This document shows, in pieces, positions 11,868 through 24,184 of a stretch of DNA of 64,000 nucleotides (positions are counted from its first letter, which is position 1; every line of letters starts with the position of its first letter). The stretch lies in the NCBI GenBank assembly GCA_030264375.1, contig JASCQW010000099.1, forward strand, positions 49,984,287 to 50,048,286, written 5' to 3'. The notes beneath the pieces are model-generated. The model saw nothing but the letters and a program-made list of their open reading frames with translations. It was not told the DNA's origin and ran no database searches. Source of the stretch: Carcharhinus longimanus (Eukaryota). The position numbers and the translations under genes are program-made.

Positions 11868-13280
11868 ATTTTGATTTGATTTATTACTGTCACATGTATT
11901 AGCGTACATTGAAAATTATTGTTTCTTGCACGCTATACAGACAAAGCATACTGTTCATAGAGAAGGAAATCAGAGAATGTAGTGTTACAGTCATAGCTAA
12001 GGTGTAGAGAAAGATCAACTTAATGCCAGGTACATCCATTCAAAAGTCCAACAGCAACAGGGAAGAAGCTGTTCTTGAATCGGTTGGTATTTCTTTCCCG
12101 AAGGAAGAAGGTGGAAGAGAGAATGTCCGGTGTGCGTGGGCTTCTTAATTGTACTGGTTGTTTTGTTGAGGCAGCGGGAAATGTAGACAGAGTCAGTGGA
12201 TGGGAGGCTGGTTTGCATGATGGATTGGGCTATATTCAAGACCTTTTGTTGTTCCTTGCAGTCATGGGCAGAGTAGGAGCCATACCAAGCTGTGATATAA
12301 CCAGGAAGAATCCTTCCAAGGTGCATCTGAAAAAGTTGGTGAGGGTCGTAGCTGACATGCCAGATTTCCTTAGTCTTCTGAGAAAGTAGAGGCTTTGGTG
12401 GGCTTTTTTAACTGTAGTCTCAGCNNNNNNNNNNNNNNNNNNNNNNNNNNNNNNNNNNNNNNNNNNNNNNNNNNNNNNNNNNNNNNNNNNNNNNNNNNNN
12501 NNNNNNNNNNNNNNNNNNNNNNNNNNNNNNNNNNNNNNNNNNNNNNNNNNNNNNNNNNNNNNNNNNNNNNNNNNNNNNNNNNNNNNNNNNNNNNNNNNNN
12601 NNNNNNNNNNNNNNNNNNNNNNNNNNNNNNNNNNNNNNNNNNNNNNNNNNNNNNNNNNNNNNNNNNNNNNNNNNNNNNNNNNNNNNNNNNNNNNNNNNNN
12701 NNNNNNNNNNNNNNNNNNNNNNNNNNNNNNNNNNNNNNNNNNNNNNNNNNNNNNNNNNNNNNNNNNNNNNNNNNNNNNNNNNNNNNNNNNNNNNNNNNNN
12801 NNNNNNNNNNNNNNNNNNNNNNNNNNNNNNNNNNNNNNNNNNNNNNNNNNNNNNNNNNNNNNNNNNNNNNNNNNNNNNNNNNNNNNNNNNNNNNNNNNNN
12901 NNNNNNNNNNNNNNNNNNNNNNNNNNNNNNNNNNNNNNNNNNNNNNNNNNNNNNNNNNNNNNNNNNNNNNNNNNNTAGGTGTTCCAGGGTTGAGTGCAGG
13001 GCCAGGGAGATGGCGTCTGCTGTGGACCTGTTGCAGTGGTAGGCAAACTGTAGTGGATCCAGGTAGTCTGGGAGGCTGGAATTGAATCATGCCATGGCTA
13101 GCCTTAGGAAGCACTTCATAAAGATGGATGGGCTGATAGTCATTAAGGCATGCTACTTGGTTTTTCTTAGGTACCGAGATGATAGTTGCCTTCTTGAAAT
13201 AGATAGGGACCTCAGATTGTTGTCAAGAGAGGTTGAAGATGTCTGTTAATGCCCCCGCCAGCTGATCTGTGTCGGATCAT
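11868..13280 (-). mobile_element. Rex1/Babar-type LINE, 3' part (gap 12425-12975 inside)
   Basis: Minus-strand text KKAHQSLYFLRRLRKSGMSATTLTNFFRCT and ILPGYITAWYG matches the Rex1 ORF C-terminus; (AAATC)n-like tail near 11870. Confidence 0.85.
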
Positions 13281-14199
13281 GTCTTCGAGGCTACGTAAAG
13301 GAGGTAGAATATTCATTGGTGGATCTTTATGTAGTGGTTTACCAATGTTTTGCAAAAAAGTTTATTCCTTTTAAGATTTGATCTGAATCACTGTTAATGA
13401 TATGGCAGGATAAATTTGAGGATGGTTTCAGTGTTATAGCTAAACAAATTTTGCTACATTGTTCAAAAAATGCTGATTACGTCTGGACCATTGAGACTGA
13501 ATTTTTCTCCTCCGTGTTTGAAGGAGCTGTAAGGTGTATATGCTCACACGTTAAATTTGAGAAGTTGCAGGTTCATTTTTATCCTGTCTGGATTAAAATC
13601 TGACAGGGGAATTGTCTACTTATTGCAGAATTTTATTTTTATTGTAGATACGGCTCAGGGAAGGGGAGCAGGGGTGATGGGGAGATTTCGTTGTGTTTTC
13701 AATGAATGGTAAATTGTGTTATTCACAACACATTTTCTGACACAACAATATTAACCCTGTAGATAACCTTGTAGCAGGATTGATTTCTTGATTGAAAGGT
13801 GCTGAGATGAAAGTTGAGTGTTGTAATTTTTGGGGATATGTTTGGGAAATTGTGAGTCTATGGCAGAGGAGACCTGTGCTTTCCGTGTGGATCGTAGAGG
13901 AACAGACTTGCCCTTTTTGGTGTGCAATGCAAATCAAAAAATGTACCTTGACTCCTCTGACTTGGTGGGGAGAACTACAGCCGCTTCCACACCAGGCCAC
14001 CAGTTAAAACCGCAGTCTATTTATATGAGACCCTGCATGCGTAATGAAAGACCTCTGGCTTTGGATGGATGTCCTTGGTGTTTGGCTAGCTAGTAAAATG
14101 TGTTACGGAAATAACCTGGGAAACTGTGCTTATTATTTGGATCCATTATCTCCATGTTTCTATAATAAATTCATTTTGTTTTTATGTAGCAAATGGTAA

Positions 14200-15225
14200 C
14201 TGACTAATTGGAGTTGCTTGAAGAAGTAACAAGCAACATGGATAGAAGGGAACCTGTGGATGTACTGTATTAAATTTCTGGAAGGCATTTGACAAAGTGC
14301 CACATTAAAGGTTACAGGCTGACATATCACATGCATAGAGGATTGTTGAGCTAACAGCAAACAGTGAGTAGGCGTAACTGGGTAATTTTCAGATTGACAA
14401 GATGTAACTAGTGAAGTGACATAGGGATCAGTGCTGGGGCATCAACTATTGAGAATCTGTATCATTGATTTGGATGAAAGTACAGTTGAAAAATTGCTAA
14501 TGACACAAAGCTAGGTGGAGAGGTAAGTTGTGAAGAGGACAGGGAGTCTGCAAAGGGATATAGGTAGGTTAAGTGAGTGGGCAAAAAATTGGCAGATGGG
14601 TTGTGGGAAAATGTGAACTTGTCCACATTGGTAGGTAGAATAGAAAAGTAGCATGTTATCTCAATAGGAAGAGAGATTAGAGAACTCTGTGGCACAGAGG
14701 GATCCAGGTGTTTTGGTACATGAATCATAGGTACAGCAAATGATAAGGAAGACAAATGTACGTTGTTTATCACAAGGGGAATGGAATATAAAAGTAAGAA
14801 TGTTTTACTATGGTTGTACAGAGTATTGGTGAGACCACGTCTGGAGTACTGAGTACAACTTTGGCCTCCTTATTTAAGAAAGGACATAATTGCGTTAGAA
14901 GCAGTTCAGAGAATGCTCGCTTGACTGATTCCTGGGAAGGGGAGGTTATCTCCTGAGAAAAAGTTGAGCTTGTAACCAGTGGTGATTAGGAGAATGAGTG
15001 ATGATCTTATTAGTGATCCTGAAGTTACTTTACAGAGTAGATGCTGAATGGGTGTTTCCACTTGTGGGAGAGACCACAACTAGGCAGCACACTTTAAATA
15101 AAGGTGCCTCCCATTTAAGACAGAGATAAGGGGAATTATTTGAGGCGATACTCCTCAGCCATGATGTTAGTGAATGGGGAAGCAGACTGCTGGGGCTGAA
15201 TGGCCTACTTCGTATGTTCTTATGT
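14200..15225 (+). mobile_element. CR1 LINE, RT domain to 3' end, decayed
   Basis: KAFDKVPH (AAGGCATTTGACAAAGTGCCACAT), GSVLG, degenerate (F)ADDTKLGG, VRPRLEY, CR1 tail GGGCTGAATGGCCTAC. Confidence 0.9.
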
Positions 15226-15724
15226 AACAGTAGGTGCTTGAATCATGGGAGGATTGTGAGCTTCAAGAGCAACAGTAATAATTACTGAAGTTACACTTTA
15301 ATTCAGTCCTTCTCAATTTTTTTTTTCTGGTGTGACCCCATTTTAATTCCTCTGACTTGGTGTAACCCCAGGGTGAAAATTAGGGGTACAGAGGGAGTTT
15401 GTTTTTTGTGGTGATGATGGGTGGCTTTCAGTTGTTGAGTGGGGGTGGGGGAAGTAGGGCCAGGATAAAACAAAAGAGCAAGATAACAATTGTTGTTATT
15501 TGATCATTGAAATGCACACTAGCTTTAAACATGTGAAAATAGTGTGTTTTTAAACATAAGCTATATTGTGAAATGTTACCTTGTCTGCTGGCCCTAGTGA
15601 GACATGCATGTTGTGGTAAAATTTCTCAGTCTCGCAGTATGGTTGACAGATCTCCGATGTGACATCCAGGTTTGATCAATGTCCAGATTTGCTGCGGACT
15701 GATATGTTTTACAAAAAAATGTAA

Positions 15725-15890
15725 GAGGTGAGATTCCCTGGGCCCCCCTCAGCGTTTTTCTCGGTTGTGGGAGGCAGTGCATTATTTGTTTGTGTCAGTG
15801 GGAATTCCCTTTGAAGCCACCCCATGTTCTCAGGGAACCAGTGGCAGGACCAGAGAATCCCGCCAATGTCAACGGCCAGAGAATTCCTGC
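15725..15890. mobile_element. Harbinger-type MITE remnant
   Basis: Shares GGGAATTCCC..TGAAGCCACC and GAGAATCCCGCC with 55113-55297. Confidence 0.55.
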
Positions 15891-16118
15891 TAAGGTGTGT
15901 GTGTTAAGGCAGACACTGAGGCTGCCTCTGGGAAGCTTGTCCCCTCTTCTCTCTGTCCTGCCAACTGAAAGCGGGGAAAATAATTTGAGCATGTGTGTGA
16001 TGAGAACTCAGAGCCACTCCCAGGCCTTTCCCAACTGATTTTCTGCTCCACAGTCACTGTAATGACCTCAGAACCCAAGATCTCTGATCCACATTTTGGG
16101 AACTCATATATGCTAACC

Positions 16119-16450
16119 CAGTGGTTAGCACTACTGCCTCAAAGCACCAGAGACCCGGGTTCAATTCCAGCCTTGAGCGACTGTATGGAGTTTGCACATT
16201 CTTCCTGTGTCTGCATGGGTTTTCTCTGGGTGCTCAGATTTCCATGGATTGACCAGGCTGAATTGCCCCTCAGTGTCCCAAGATGTGTAGATTAGGGGGA
16301 TTAGCAAGGTAATTGTGTGAGGTTGTGGGGATGGTGGGGGGGAATAGTGGACCTGGGTAGGATGCTCTGTCAGAAAGTTGGTGCAGACTCAATGGGCTGA
16401 ATGGCCTCCTTCTGCTCTGTAGGGATTCTTGTGATTCTATTCTATGATTC
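16119..16450 (+). mobile_element. tRNA-derived V-SINE (HE1-like) with CR1-type tail
   Basis: A box AGTGGTTAGCA, B box GGTTCAATTCC, V-domain GGAGTTTGCACATTCT, tail GGGCTGAATGGCCTCC and (ATTCT)-like repeats. Confidence 0.85.
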
Positions 16451-19193
16451 TTAATCACTAGCAATGGAAAAATGCTGTTGTTGGCAACCATGAGATCTTG
16501 CAAAACAGTGTTGTTTTTTTTGCCACGTGTCTCACTGTTCAGAGAAACTGTTCAAAGGTGTGTGCATTGAGACACATATTCCTGTGGATGGCAGTAAAGT
16601 GCCCATAATTAGTGTGTGCGTGTGCTTGACATTTGTCAACGACAGAACAGCCTGATCTTTGTTTCCAGAATTCAAGCAAGTAAAAGTGACTAGTGGAGCA
16701 AAGATAACTATATTGTTGTTCATCATATTGTGCAGTGCACATGCCAGCGAATCTAATCTGTTCTTCAGATCCCACTCTCAAAGCTTACCTCTTGCTTGAG
16801 TGGTGTGCCAACCTATAAAACTTGAAAACCAAAGCAGTCAGCTCAAGGGCTGTGCAATTGGGGGAAAATAAACACGAATAAGGGCAATGACTAAGGCCCA
16901 GTGCTGCAAGGTAACTGAAGTTTTAATGCGTTGAAATTCAGAATTCTTATTGCAAGTTTTGGTGTCACATTCTGCAACTTGTTCATTTTCCTAGTAAAAC
17001 AGGAGCTTCATGTGTTCATCTGTGAAAATGATTCGTTACAATGGGAATAAACTGGGCCATGATCTTGTAACTTTAAGCTGAAGTGATGCCCTTGTATTAC
17101 ATCAGATGTATAAGATGGAAATGAACATCAAAGTACATACAGGTGGAATTTGTGCAGTGGTGGATCTAATGAGGGAATGCGCACTGATGCTTAATTTCTT
17201 TCCAGGTGGGTATTAGGAGATGTATAATCTTAAGAGAAGCTTGGATTATTGACATTTTTGTTGTTTTCTTTACTCCCAGTGCTTTGAAGTGTAGTGGGAC
17301 TCCAAAATTGGGTTTCTAGTTATGGCAATGGTGGTCACAATCAATTCCCGTGGTCAAAACCTAGTTCCATTTAAAATCCACTTAAATGTATAAGATTTAT
17401 AAATATTTTAAGTTTTTTTTGATTATAAATAGGTTGCCTAACGGCTCTGTCCCATCAGATGATCGTACTGAATGCCTTGTTGCCAAGCCACCCACTCTCA
17501 CAGCCAAGCTCCTGTCTCTGTGTAGCACTGTACAATAAGCTCCCCCCATATGGAGCAATTGGTGATTGTTTCTCATTGTTCGCTGCTGTGGTTATCTGGT
17601 ATCACCAAAGCATCACATACAATTGCCTTGGAAACTCATTACAGCAAGTAAATTTAATTGAGCCATGATTCCCTGATTGAGTGTGCAATTCAAAGTATTT
17701 GGTAATAGTCAAAAAATAAATTACATGCCCTTATTCTGCCTTCAGATTCTCAATTCACTAGGAATCTAGGCAGCAGAAGAGAACCGGTGGATATTATCGT
17801 TGCCATGCATTGCATTTAACCAGATGTTTTACTTTATCCTCCCATGTGCTCACCCTATTCAAATTAGAATGCAACAGACTCCAAGATTGTTGTTTTTTTT
17901 GAGCTACTTCTGCTTAATTTCCCCTATTTCTCTCCATTCAAAAACTGTCAGCTCAGAGTAAGGCCAGGTTTCCCGAATATCTATTTATTGATTTTCCCTG
18001 CCTCCCTCGAATCCAATACGTCACTAACAATCAACAGTCTGACTTCAAAACAGAAGGTGGAGTGTTGAATTCCCAAAGCTGCCTGCCGTACCAGTTCAGT
18101 TGTCGTTCATCATCCACCCATTGAATGGCTAGATGAAATAGCGCATTCAAGTCATGGCTTCATCTGACAAGGAAACAATGCTTTCCTTTTAAGATCCTGG
18201 GGGTAGTTTTTGTTCAGGGTCTTATATCACATGGAAACATACACCACAGAAGGAGACCATTTGGTCTGTCAAGCTTGTGCCAGCTCTTTGAAAGAGCTTT
18301 CCAATGTAGTCCCACATTGCAGTTTTTTCCATGTACCCATGAAAATGAATCTTCAAGTACATGTCCAATGCTTGAATAATTGCTATGTTTTAAAAGCACT
18401 TCCAATTCATAGGTAACACAAGGCAATCTATGTAAAGTTTTATGGTTTTTTTGCCAAACCTTTTTTTGCAAAACAGTTTGTAATCAACAAATTTATGCCA
18501 GGTGCTCTGTATTATACATAATAACATGCTGATTAATAGACTATAACTTTAAAGCAGGAATGCAACATAAGAATGTGTTCTGAATATATTCTCCAACCAT
18601 AAGAGATTGCACTTGAGATATTCTTTATTAAAATAGTTACCCACTTGTGTCTCTATCTCTGCCTCTTTCTCAATATCTGCTAATATGTATTAGGTCTAAT
18701 TGATATCCACAAACATATTTTTACATAGCCATTTGGTAGTATAGAACTTAAGTATCGCTGAAACAAGAAGACACACTATCAAAGTTTTTCACCTTGCACT
18801 CACCAGAAATTACCAGCAGTAATAGGGGAACAATTTATGCTGCATGAGGAGAGAGTACTGATTGGCTGGTGGAGGCATTGCCATGGAGAATACATAATGG
18901 AACAGTAAACTGCCCAGCTTTATCTCAACAATTGGCAGATTGTATCAAACAACATCCCTTTGGGCAGCAGGCAAAGTACTGACCATACCTAACTAGCCCC
19001 CGCTTGCACACTCAAAATGTATTGTCCAGTATTAGATGTGATTCCATGATTGGACAACACTTACTAAACAATTCTGATTACACTGAAAATTTATTTAAGA
19101 TTGTCATTGGTTTTGCAGTGAGGTTCACTTACGTATGCTAGAATCTACATCTATTCACGCATATAGCCCTGTCTTTTGCAAGCAGAAGGAACG

Positions 19194-19497
19194 TAGAATC
19201 TCTACAGCACAGAAGAAAGCCATTTGGTCCATCAAGTCTGCATCCACTCTTTAACAGCGCATCTTACCCAGGCCTTATCTCCGTAACCCCATGCATTTAC
19301 CCTGATAATCCCCTAACTTATACATTCTTGACACTAAGCGGCAGTATAACACAGCCAATCTACCTAACCTTTCCATCTTTGGACTGTGGGAGGGAATCGG
19401 AGCACCTGGTGCAGACTCCACACAGGCAGTTGCCCAAGGCTGGAATCAAACCTGGGTCTCTGGTGCTGTGAGGCAGCGGTGCTAACACTGTGCTGCC
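19194..19497 (-). mobile_element. HE1-like V-SINE nested in the Penelope element
   Basis: Reverse complement starts GGCAGCACAGTGTTAGCACCGCTGCCTCACAGCACCAGAGACCCAGGTTTGATTCC and ends in a CR1-type tail. Confidence 0.85.
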
Positions 19498-19754
19498 ACA
19501 TGTCTGCCTCCTTCAACTAAACAAAAGCTTAAAGAACTGTCATTCTCTGGTTCGTTTCTCATGGCAACACCATGACCAATCAAAGTGGACCCTGGCCAGT
19601 TTGAATTTGAACAAAACTGGGCAGTTAACTATTTCATGCTGCATTCTCCATGGCACCTCTTCCAATCAGAGTCCATTTGTCAAACAATCTGCAGTATCTT
19701 CTCAGGCAATGTCAATTGTCATTCTGCTATTGCTGTTGATAATTTCCTGCTGGC

Positions 19755-19788
19755 TATCCTGATGAGTGCAAGCTGAAAAGCTTTGATA
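19755..19788 (+). ncRNA. Minimal type I hammerhead ribozyme motif in Penelope pLTR
   Basis: TATC-CTGATGA-GTGCAAGCT-GAAA-AGCT-TT-GATA: intact CUGAUGA/GAAA core, stem I TATC/GATA, palindromic AAGCTT stem III; stem II imperfect. Confidence 0.6.
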
Positions 19789-22449
19789 CCTTGTCTCTTT
19801 TTTCAGCTATATATATAAATTAGTAGTTTGGAGCATATTTATTCAATAATTACTATTTTTCAATAATACAGCTTCTGCTTGCATCTATTTTGACGCCTGC
19901 TCTAATCTCCAATGTAAGAGGATATGGAAGATGAATGAAATTGCCCCCAACACCCCTTGCATCATATATTTCCAGTTGAAATAGATAGCCCAAAGACTTG
20001 GGCAGTTTGTGGTCCTGAAGATGATTGGGCATTTAAAGGGGCAAACAGTTCACATTAGCATCACTTTGTGGATGGTTGGCAACAGTGCATGCGATTAACA
20101 ACAAGCTCACTATTTTAAGATGTTATATCATGTACATAATACAGTGAACATGGGCAAAATTCTCATGCAGCATAATGAAAGCTTATGTCATTAGTATGGT
20201 TCCTATGATTCAATCAAGGAATCTTGCCCACGAGCAGAGTAACTTTATTGTCCACCAGTATCCAATGACAAGAAACAAAACAGGTGTAAAATGGATTAAA
20301 ACTCTTAAATTTCACCTCCTGTGCAGGTATTTTATACAAAATAGCTGTAACGTTTCTAAAAATTTAACACATTGAAAACATCAGAGAACATTGATAGAGC
20401 ACTAAAATAAGCTTTCATGTTTATAGACATCATTTCAGATCTTGTAAAATACTCAAATCCAGGGCTCCCCTCAGCCCACCCCCAATTCTCCTGGACTGTC
20501 ATAATTCTTGGCGAAACATTGGATTTTCCCAAAGCATAGCCAAACCACTTCTTCTTCCCACTTAACGACTACCTCTAGAGGGATATCTTTAGTACCATTT
20601 TGATGTGTGTTTTCTGCTTTGATAACATAATATCAGCTCATTTACATGTTTCACAAATAAACTAATGGATGGAGTTGTGGACTTTAATCTTCTTGCTGTT
20701 TACTGAAAATGGAATTTGACTTTTTTAATCACTGTGAATTAGTAGTCTGAAGTTTCCCTTCCATAACATTAACATCCTTAAGTATACACTATCTCACTAT
20801 GAACAGCATCTTGAAAGATTTATTAGTACCCTTAATATGTATATTTAATCTCATTTTTAAAGTTCACTAATGAGATCACACTCCACATTCATACAGTTAT
20901 ACAGTTTGCATCAGAATTTCTCATTTAGGTTAGTAGCAGATAAACATTTCTATCTGAATTGGTTCTGAGTGTTGATTGACAAGCAAATCAAAGGATATAG
21001 GGAGTAGGCAGGATAGATTAGTCAATATCTTCTTTCATGGTGGAGCCCTGATCCTAAATTAATAGTTTCTAATGTACGTGGGTTAAAATAATTAAGTACA
21101 TGCACAGCTTAGTTTATTCTGAGTCTTGCAGTCAAAACTATAAATTTTGCAGATTACTCAGAAGTGTGTGTTGTGCCCAAGTCCGGTCAGTGGAGATAAA
21201 GTTTATGGATGCAAATCACTCAATTCCTCAGGTACTGTGCATGTAGGGCACTACTAACAACCCAAGGAGTTGTGGGTGATGCCACCATCATTATGACATC
21301 GCCAGAAGTATTGACTGCTGAATTTCAGCACTCAAAGGATGTGTGGATAGGAGCAGAGTCATAGCAATGACACGGAGGGGTAAAAATACGCAGAGTGAAA
21401 TGTATGCATTATACTTGAGTTTATTAATAGTGGCCAGACTATAAATGGGCTCAGTAACATCATGGGGGTGAGGGGGGTGGTTTTTAATGAAACTCACAAG
21501 CATGGGAAATGTGGCCTGCTTAATTGGATGGGATGCGAAATATCCTGATGACAGGTTGAGATGCAGAGATAGAGCATTTGCATGCCATGTATACTCACTA
21601 ACATGAAATGGTGTTCAATAAGGCCCTACACTTTGTTGTAGGTGCACAAGAATCTTGTGGCACCCAGTTCAGATTGTTTAAAGGTGCCAGTTGTGCAGTT
21701 GTGTCCACAGTAAGTGTCCATTTTCATGCACAAGGCAGTAGGTGTTGAGAGGTTGGTGTTGGGTGCAGGGAGAAGCAGGAGAGGCAAGGGCCTAGTGCCT
21801 GCGTATGCTGGTCCTTTAAGGGGTTGGTGAGAAGGTCAAGGCAGGATTGAAAGATTGATGATGGATCTAAAGAGCTATCAATGCTGGGATCCTAAAGATC
21901 GAATTAAGGATGCTGGGTGCTGAAGGGAGCAGTCATAATCAAAGAGGGAAAGTGTGTGATATGGGAGCAGGTCCAGAATCATGGCCAGTTGTTGTGTGGG
22001 TCACTGGAATGATCAAAAACATGAATGAGGAGGATAATAGGAGGATTCAGGATCAGAGTGAGCATTTGGAAGTCATGGGCGCAATCCCAGTGGAGAGAGA
22101 GATAATATGTGAGGTAATTGGTAGTAGGGTCCAGGGGTGTCAGTAGGAGATTCAAGGGTAACCAAGGAGAGAGGAAAACATACACTGGGTGGGTTAGGGG
22201 TGATGAGGGCAAACAGAAAGAGTGACAGGGAGAGCGGAAGGTACAGAATCGGGTTTTAAAAGTCATGCACTGTAATTTTAATGTCTTTTTCTGAATGCAA
22301 GCTCAATTGGAAGTAGGAGGAGGGTTGGTTTGGGTGGGAGGGAATTAATGTTGTGCATAACTGACCGACTAAAGGGATTCTCTTTAGGAATGAGAACAGT
22401 GTACGAGCGTGTTCTCCCATGAATTATTGCCATCTTTATACGGTGCAAT

Positions 22450-22860
22450 TACTGCCATAACTATGGGTCTCATTCACCTGATGTTCTTGCGACCTCTGGA
22501 GCAGGAGGAGAGTTTGGGAGCTCTTTCCGTCGAACAACTGAGGCCAACGGTAGGCAGGGGTTGGCAGGTTCAGCCGGACTCCAGCACCGAGGGAAGGCAT
22601 CAGCCAAGACGGACACTGGTGTACAAACACATCCAGAGGACAAAACCAAACTACCTCCAGATGTCAAAGCAGCAATGCCTGAAGATATCCCGGGAAATGA
22701 CCATTGAGATATGTTGGATTGTTAATCAAGATGTGGAGAACTGTGAGGTTTTAGTGGGAACCCCATTTCATTGATTCTCAAAGTATAGCAGCTCTCAATT
22801 TCTGTACCATCAGTGGGCTGCAGGGTAAAATTGTGACATGTGGCATCTCGCAGACTGCCC
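22450..22860 (+). mobile_element. Harbinger (HARBI1-like) transposase N-terminal remnant
   Basis: VYKHIQRTKPNYLQMSKQQCLKISREMTIEIC followed by out-of-frame AALNF...QG...GISQTA resembles the Harbinger transposase N-terminus/HTH region. Confidence 0.5.
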
Positions 22861-22899
22861 AATTTCGTTGTGATTTTATTGACTTCACCACAGATGAAG

Positions 22900-24010
22900 T
22901 CAGCCAGACTGTAAGGTCAGGTCACATTTGGTGTCGATGCTGTGTTTTCTCGAGTGCGAGTTGTCATTGAATGGAGTGGGGGAGGGCTGGTGGTTGTGTG
23001 AAGGTGTTGATGATGTTTTGGAGCTCTGCCTCTGAGTGTGTGAAGGTGCAAGCAAGTCTGCATACTGTAGTTCAGTGACCAAGGGTGGGGCGATCTTGGA
23101 TCTGGCCTGCAGGTGCTGGATGTTGAACAGATTCCTATTTGTTCAGTAGTTTAGCTGCACTCTAGCAGAAAGCTTGCTGAGGGTGAAATGAAGCATTGCA
23201 GCAAGGAAGACAGAGAAGAGTGTTGATGCAATGACACAACCATGCTTGATCCTAGTCTGAAAGTGAGTTGAATCTGTGTTAGATTCGCTGGTCAGGATCA
23301 CGGCTTGCAGGTAGAGGATGGTGACAAATTTTTGTGGGCAGCTAAATCCGAAGAAGATGCTCCATAATATCTTGCGTTTGATAGTGTCGAAGGCTGTGTA
23401 CAAAAGTTGGTGGAGTTCTCTGCATTTCTCCTGTAGTTGCTGCCCAGTGTAGAGAATGTCCACTGTGCCCCTAAGTGGGTGAAATCCACACTGGGACTCT
23501 GGGAGGAACTTTCCAGCTACAGGGGAGTAGCAATTAAGGAGAAGTCTTGAGATGACCTTCACTTTGGCCGTCAGCAGGGAAATTCCCGCAGTTAGGTTTG
23601 CCACTGTTATTTTGAAGATGGTCATAATTAAGACATCGCTGAGATCTCCAAACATGTTCCCCTCCTTTCAGACAGGGGAAATGAGATGATGGTGTTTCAC
23701 CTCCATGTTTTAGTGCTTCAGAGAGGATTCCATTTGCTCCAGGTGCCTTGTTGTTCTTTAGCTGTTGGATGGCCTTTTCTACGTCCTGTCATGGGGTTAT
23801 GCTGAGATGGTGGTGTGTAGCATACTGTAGGATGGCATGAAGGAAGCTTATGTTGAAGACAGAATCTCGGTTATGGAGGTCTTTGAAGTGCTTCCTCCAG
23901 CAGGTGCCCTGGGTACTTGGGCCTAGGTGGTCTTGTGGTGAAGAAATCTGATGTGTCATGGTTGTTGGCTAACTGCTGGATCTTCTGTGCTTTCTTCACC
24001 CACCATCTGT
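22900..24010 (-). mobile_element. RTE-clade LINE, RT domain fragment
   Basis: ORF 23143-23655: LPESQCGFHPLRGTVDILY...QLQEKCRE...AFDTI...IKHGCVIASTLFSVFL; ELQYAD near 23070. Confidence 0.9.
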
Positions 24011-24184
24011 CTAAAAGGGGGTAAAAAGGCAGAGGTACCTGGGTTTATATGTCATTGAGGTCAAAGGGCATGTTGAAAAAGCAGTTAATAAAGCATACAG
24101 TGCTTTAATCTTTATTTATAGGGGCATAGAGAACAAGAGACGAGGAGGGTACGGTGAACTTGTTGAAACAGATGGAGACCTCTA

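Larger units (their letters stand above)
18757..19807 (+). mobile_element. Penelope-like element (family B): GIY-YIG endonuclease remnant between inverted pseudo-LTR copies
   Basis: Fragments LADCIKQHP, CDSMIGQHLLNN and HLRMLESTSIHAYSPVFCKQKE fit the PLE GIY-YIG C-terminus; about 18757-18925 is an inverted copy of about 19610-19807. Confidence 0.8.

Noticed and set aside
12236-13114. Long ORFs spanning N runs (also near 11040, 26500, 32300, 54200, 58200)
   Set aside because: Their length is an artefact of untranslatable N gaps
16119-16180. tRNA genes at SINE heads (also near 19430, 48560, 56780, 60520)
   Set aside because: A and B boxes continue into SINE bodies with no complete cloverleaf
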